A DNA stretch of 63,768 nt, the filler included, from Octopus bimaculoides (taxonomy: Eukaryota), in NCBI RefSeq assembly GCF_001194135.2. It is 4 parts of 3 records of this genome, joined end to end, with 100 filler letters (N's around TTAATTAATTAA, not from the genome) between each part and the next. Parts side by side here need not be neighbours in the genome. Positions count along the whole stretch, not along the records: positions 55,701 to 62,667 come from NC_068983.1; positions 62,768 to 63,768 come from NW_026335452.1; 2 more parts are not named here. One strand, written 5' to 3'. Below the pieces are notes generated by a model, which made no database searches, was not told where the DNA came from, and worked only from the letters and a program-made list of their open reading frames with translations. Positions 62,205 to 63,768 of the stretch are shown here, piece after piece. Every line of letters starts with the position of its first letter. The stretch's first letter is position 1. The position numbers and the translations under genes are program-made.

Positions 62205-62618
62205 ATGCATATATGTATGCATGTATATATAAATATACATGTGTGTGTGTGTGTGTAAACGCGTGCATATAGACGTAAACACACGCACATACACACACAA
62301 ATCTTCATTTGCGCTGCGAAGTATCTATTACAGTAATGTACCGTAGTGAACTGATGGGGAGGCTGCTGAATCCGTCAAATAATATAATATATGCAGTGAA
62401 GTCGGTAATTTGGCAGACACTGTTCTCTGAAACAAATGTCAGTATTTAAGTGTAAGTAAAGATATCTTTATATAGGACAGAACACAACTGAATAAGTAAC
62501 AATGTATAACGTCCTAGCACGACTCGAAATATTGACTACCCTGCACTTTATAACTATATGTTTGTATACCTACTTGTAAATATATATATAAGTGTATATG
62601 TATATAATATGTATATAG

Positions 62619-62667
<49 letters not shown>

Positions 62668-63326
62668 NNNNNNNNNNNNNNNNNNNNNNNNNNNNNNNNN
62701 NNNNNNNNNNNTTAATTAATTAANNNNNNNNNNNNNNNNNNNNNNNNNNNNNNNNNNNNNNNNNNNNGTCTACTTCAGTTAGCTCTCACTCTTGCTAGAA
62801 ATCCCCATCCTACCTACTTCTGCTGTACCCATTTTCATTGTCATTTCACCATGTTACCCCTCTTCTCTATCCTTTGCTTTACAACAAACCTCTATTTGAA
62901 ATATTGAATTCTCCTCCTTTTCCAAAGGGTAATTATACTTTTGCTATTTTGCTTTGTTTTTCTCTGCTTGATTCTCTACAGGTTTGACTTTACATGGATA
63001 TTCTATTACCATAGAAATGTAGATGGCTCAGATTGCCATTAAATATGAAGCTTACTTTGACAATGATGTATGAAGTACATTCCAGAAGTTTTAAGACTTT
63101 TTAAGGTGAAGCAACAATAATTGTCTTAGATAACTGTAATTTTAGTATACCATTACTATACATCTAATAAAATGACTTGTCAACTTTTGTTATTCCAGAT
63201 TGAATAAGACATCTATAACAGAATTCTGAATACATCTTATTAAACTGTACTTATCACAGCCAACTAGTTTGCAGAATGTAGTCAAGATATTTGGAAGCTT
63301 ACTATCCAACAAAGTTTTGTGTTATA

Positions 63327-63768
63327 CGAGGTAAAAATACTCCAGAAACATATGAAATGCTCCAGACTGCTTGTGGATTAACGGTTTCATTAACACAAGA
63401 GGTTGAAGGACAATAGAGCAGAAATGAGAGATGATGAGAGGTGTAGGAGGGAGAGAGATATCAGAAGATCAGAGAAGCTTGAGAAAACCCGTAATTTTCT
63501 GGATGAAGACCATTGTGTGTCTATAAAGGCAGTAAGCATGCAGCTTGGAGTTGGAGTAGCAACTGTACACAGAATTATTCATAAAGATCAGAATGTTCAA
63601 AATTTGTGCAAAGTTCATTCCCAGGGTTCTCAGTGATGACCATTCCTGGTAACCAACAACTTGACAGAGATGAGCATCAAAACTGTCCTTCACCTTCCCT
63701 ACAGTCCAGATCTTGCCTTCTGTGACTTTTGGTTGTACCCCAAGCTGAAGGAGAACCTCAGGGGTAGT
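63327..63768 (+). mobile_element. Internally deleted mariner element (runs off the window)
   Basis: TA|cgagg start. HTH region DDERCRR...LDEDHCVSIKAVSMQLGVGVATVHRIIH is joined to TVLHLPYSPDLAFCDFWLYPKLKENLRG. Confidence 0.8.

Overview
AT-rich, repeat-saturated eukaryotic genomic DNA, most likely an octopus (inferred from the tRNA-derived SINE families and microsatellite load), from a gappy short-read assembly (about 7.5 kb of N, including three artificial N44-TTAATTAATTAA-N44 spacers). No host protein-coding gene could be identified with confidence, and most ORFs in the supplied track are microsatellite or N-gap artefacts. The window holds three SINE families (labelled A, B and C here), decayed DNA transposons (two Chapaev-type, a full-size mariner, a deleted mariner, three maT/DD37D copies, hAT remnants and MITEs), Penelope-like fragments and seven fragments of RLE-encoding (R4/Dong-clade-like) non-LTR retrotransposons. 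Top observations: (1) five copies of one R4-like lineage all abut (CATA)n microsatellite in the same orientation, and two of them are about 99% identical, suggesting a recently active CATA-repeat-targeting retrotransposon; (2) a near-canonical type I hammerhead ribozyme at 4580-4653 (-); (3) a TATA+Inr core promoter with ETS/bZIP/YY1 motifs at about 60.5 kb. All family assignments rest on hand translation and remembered motifs, not on database searches.
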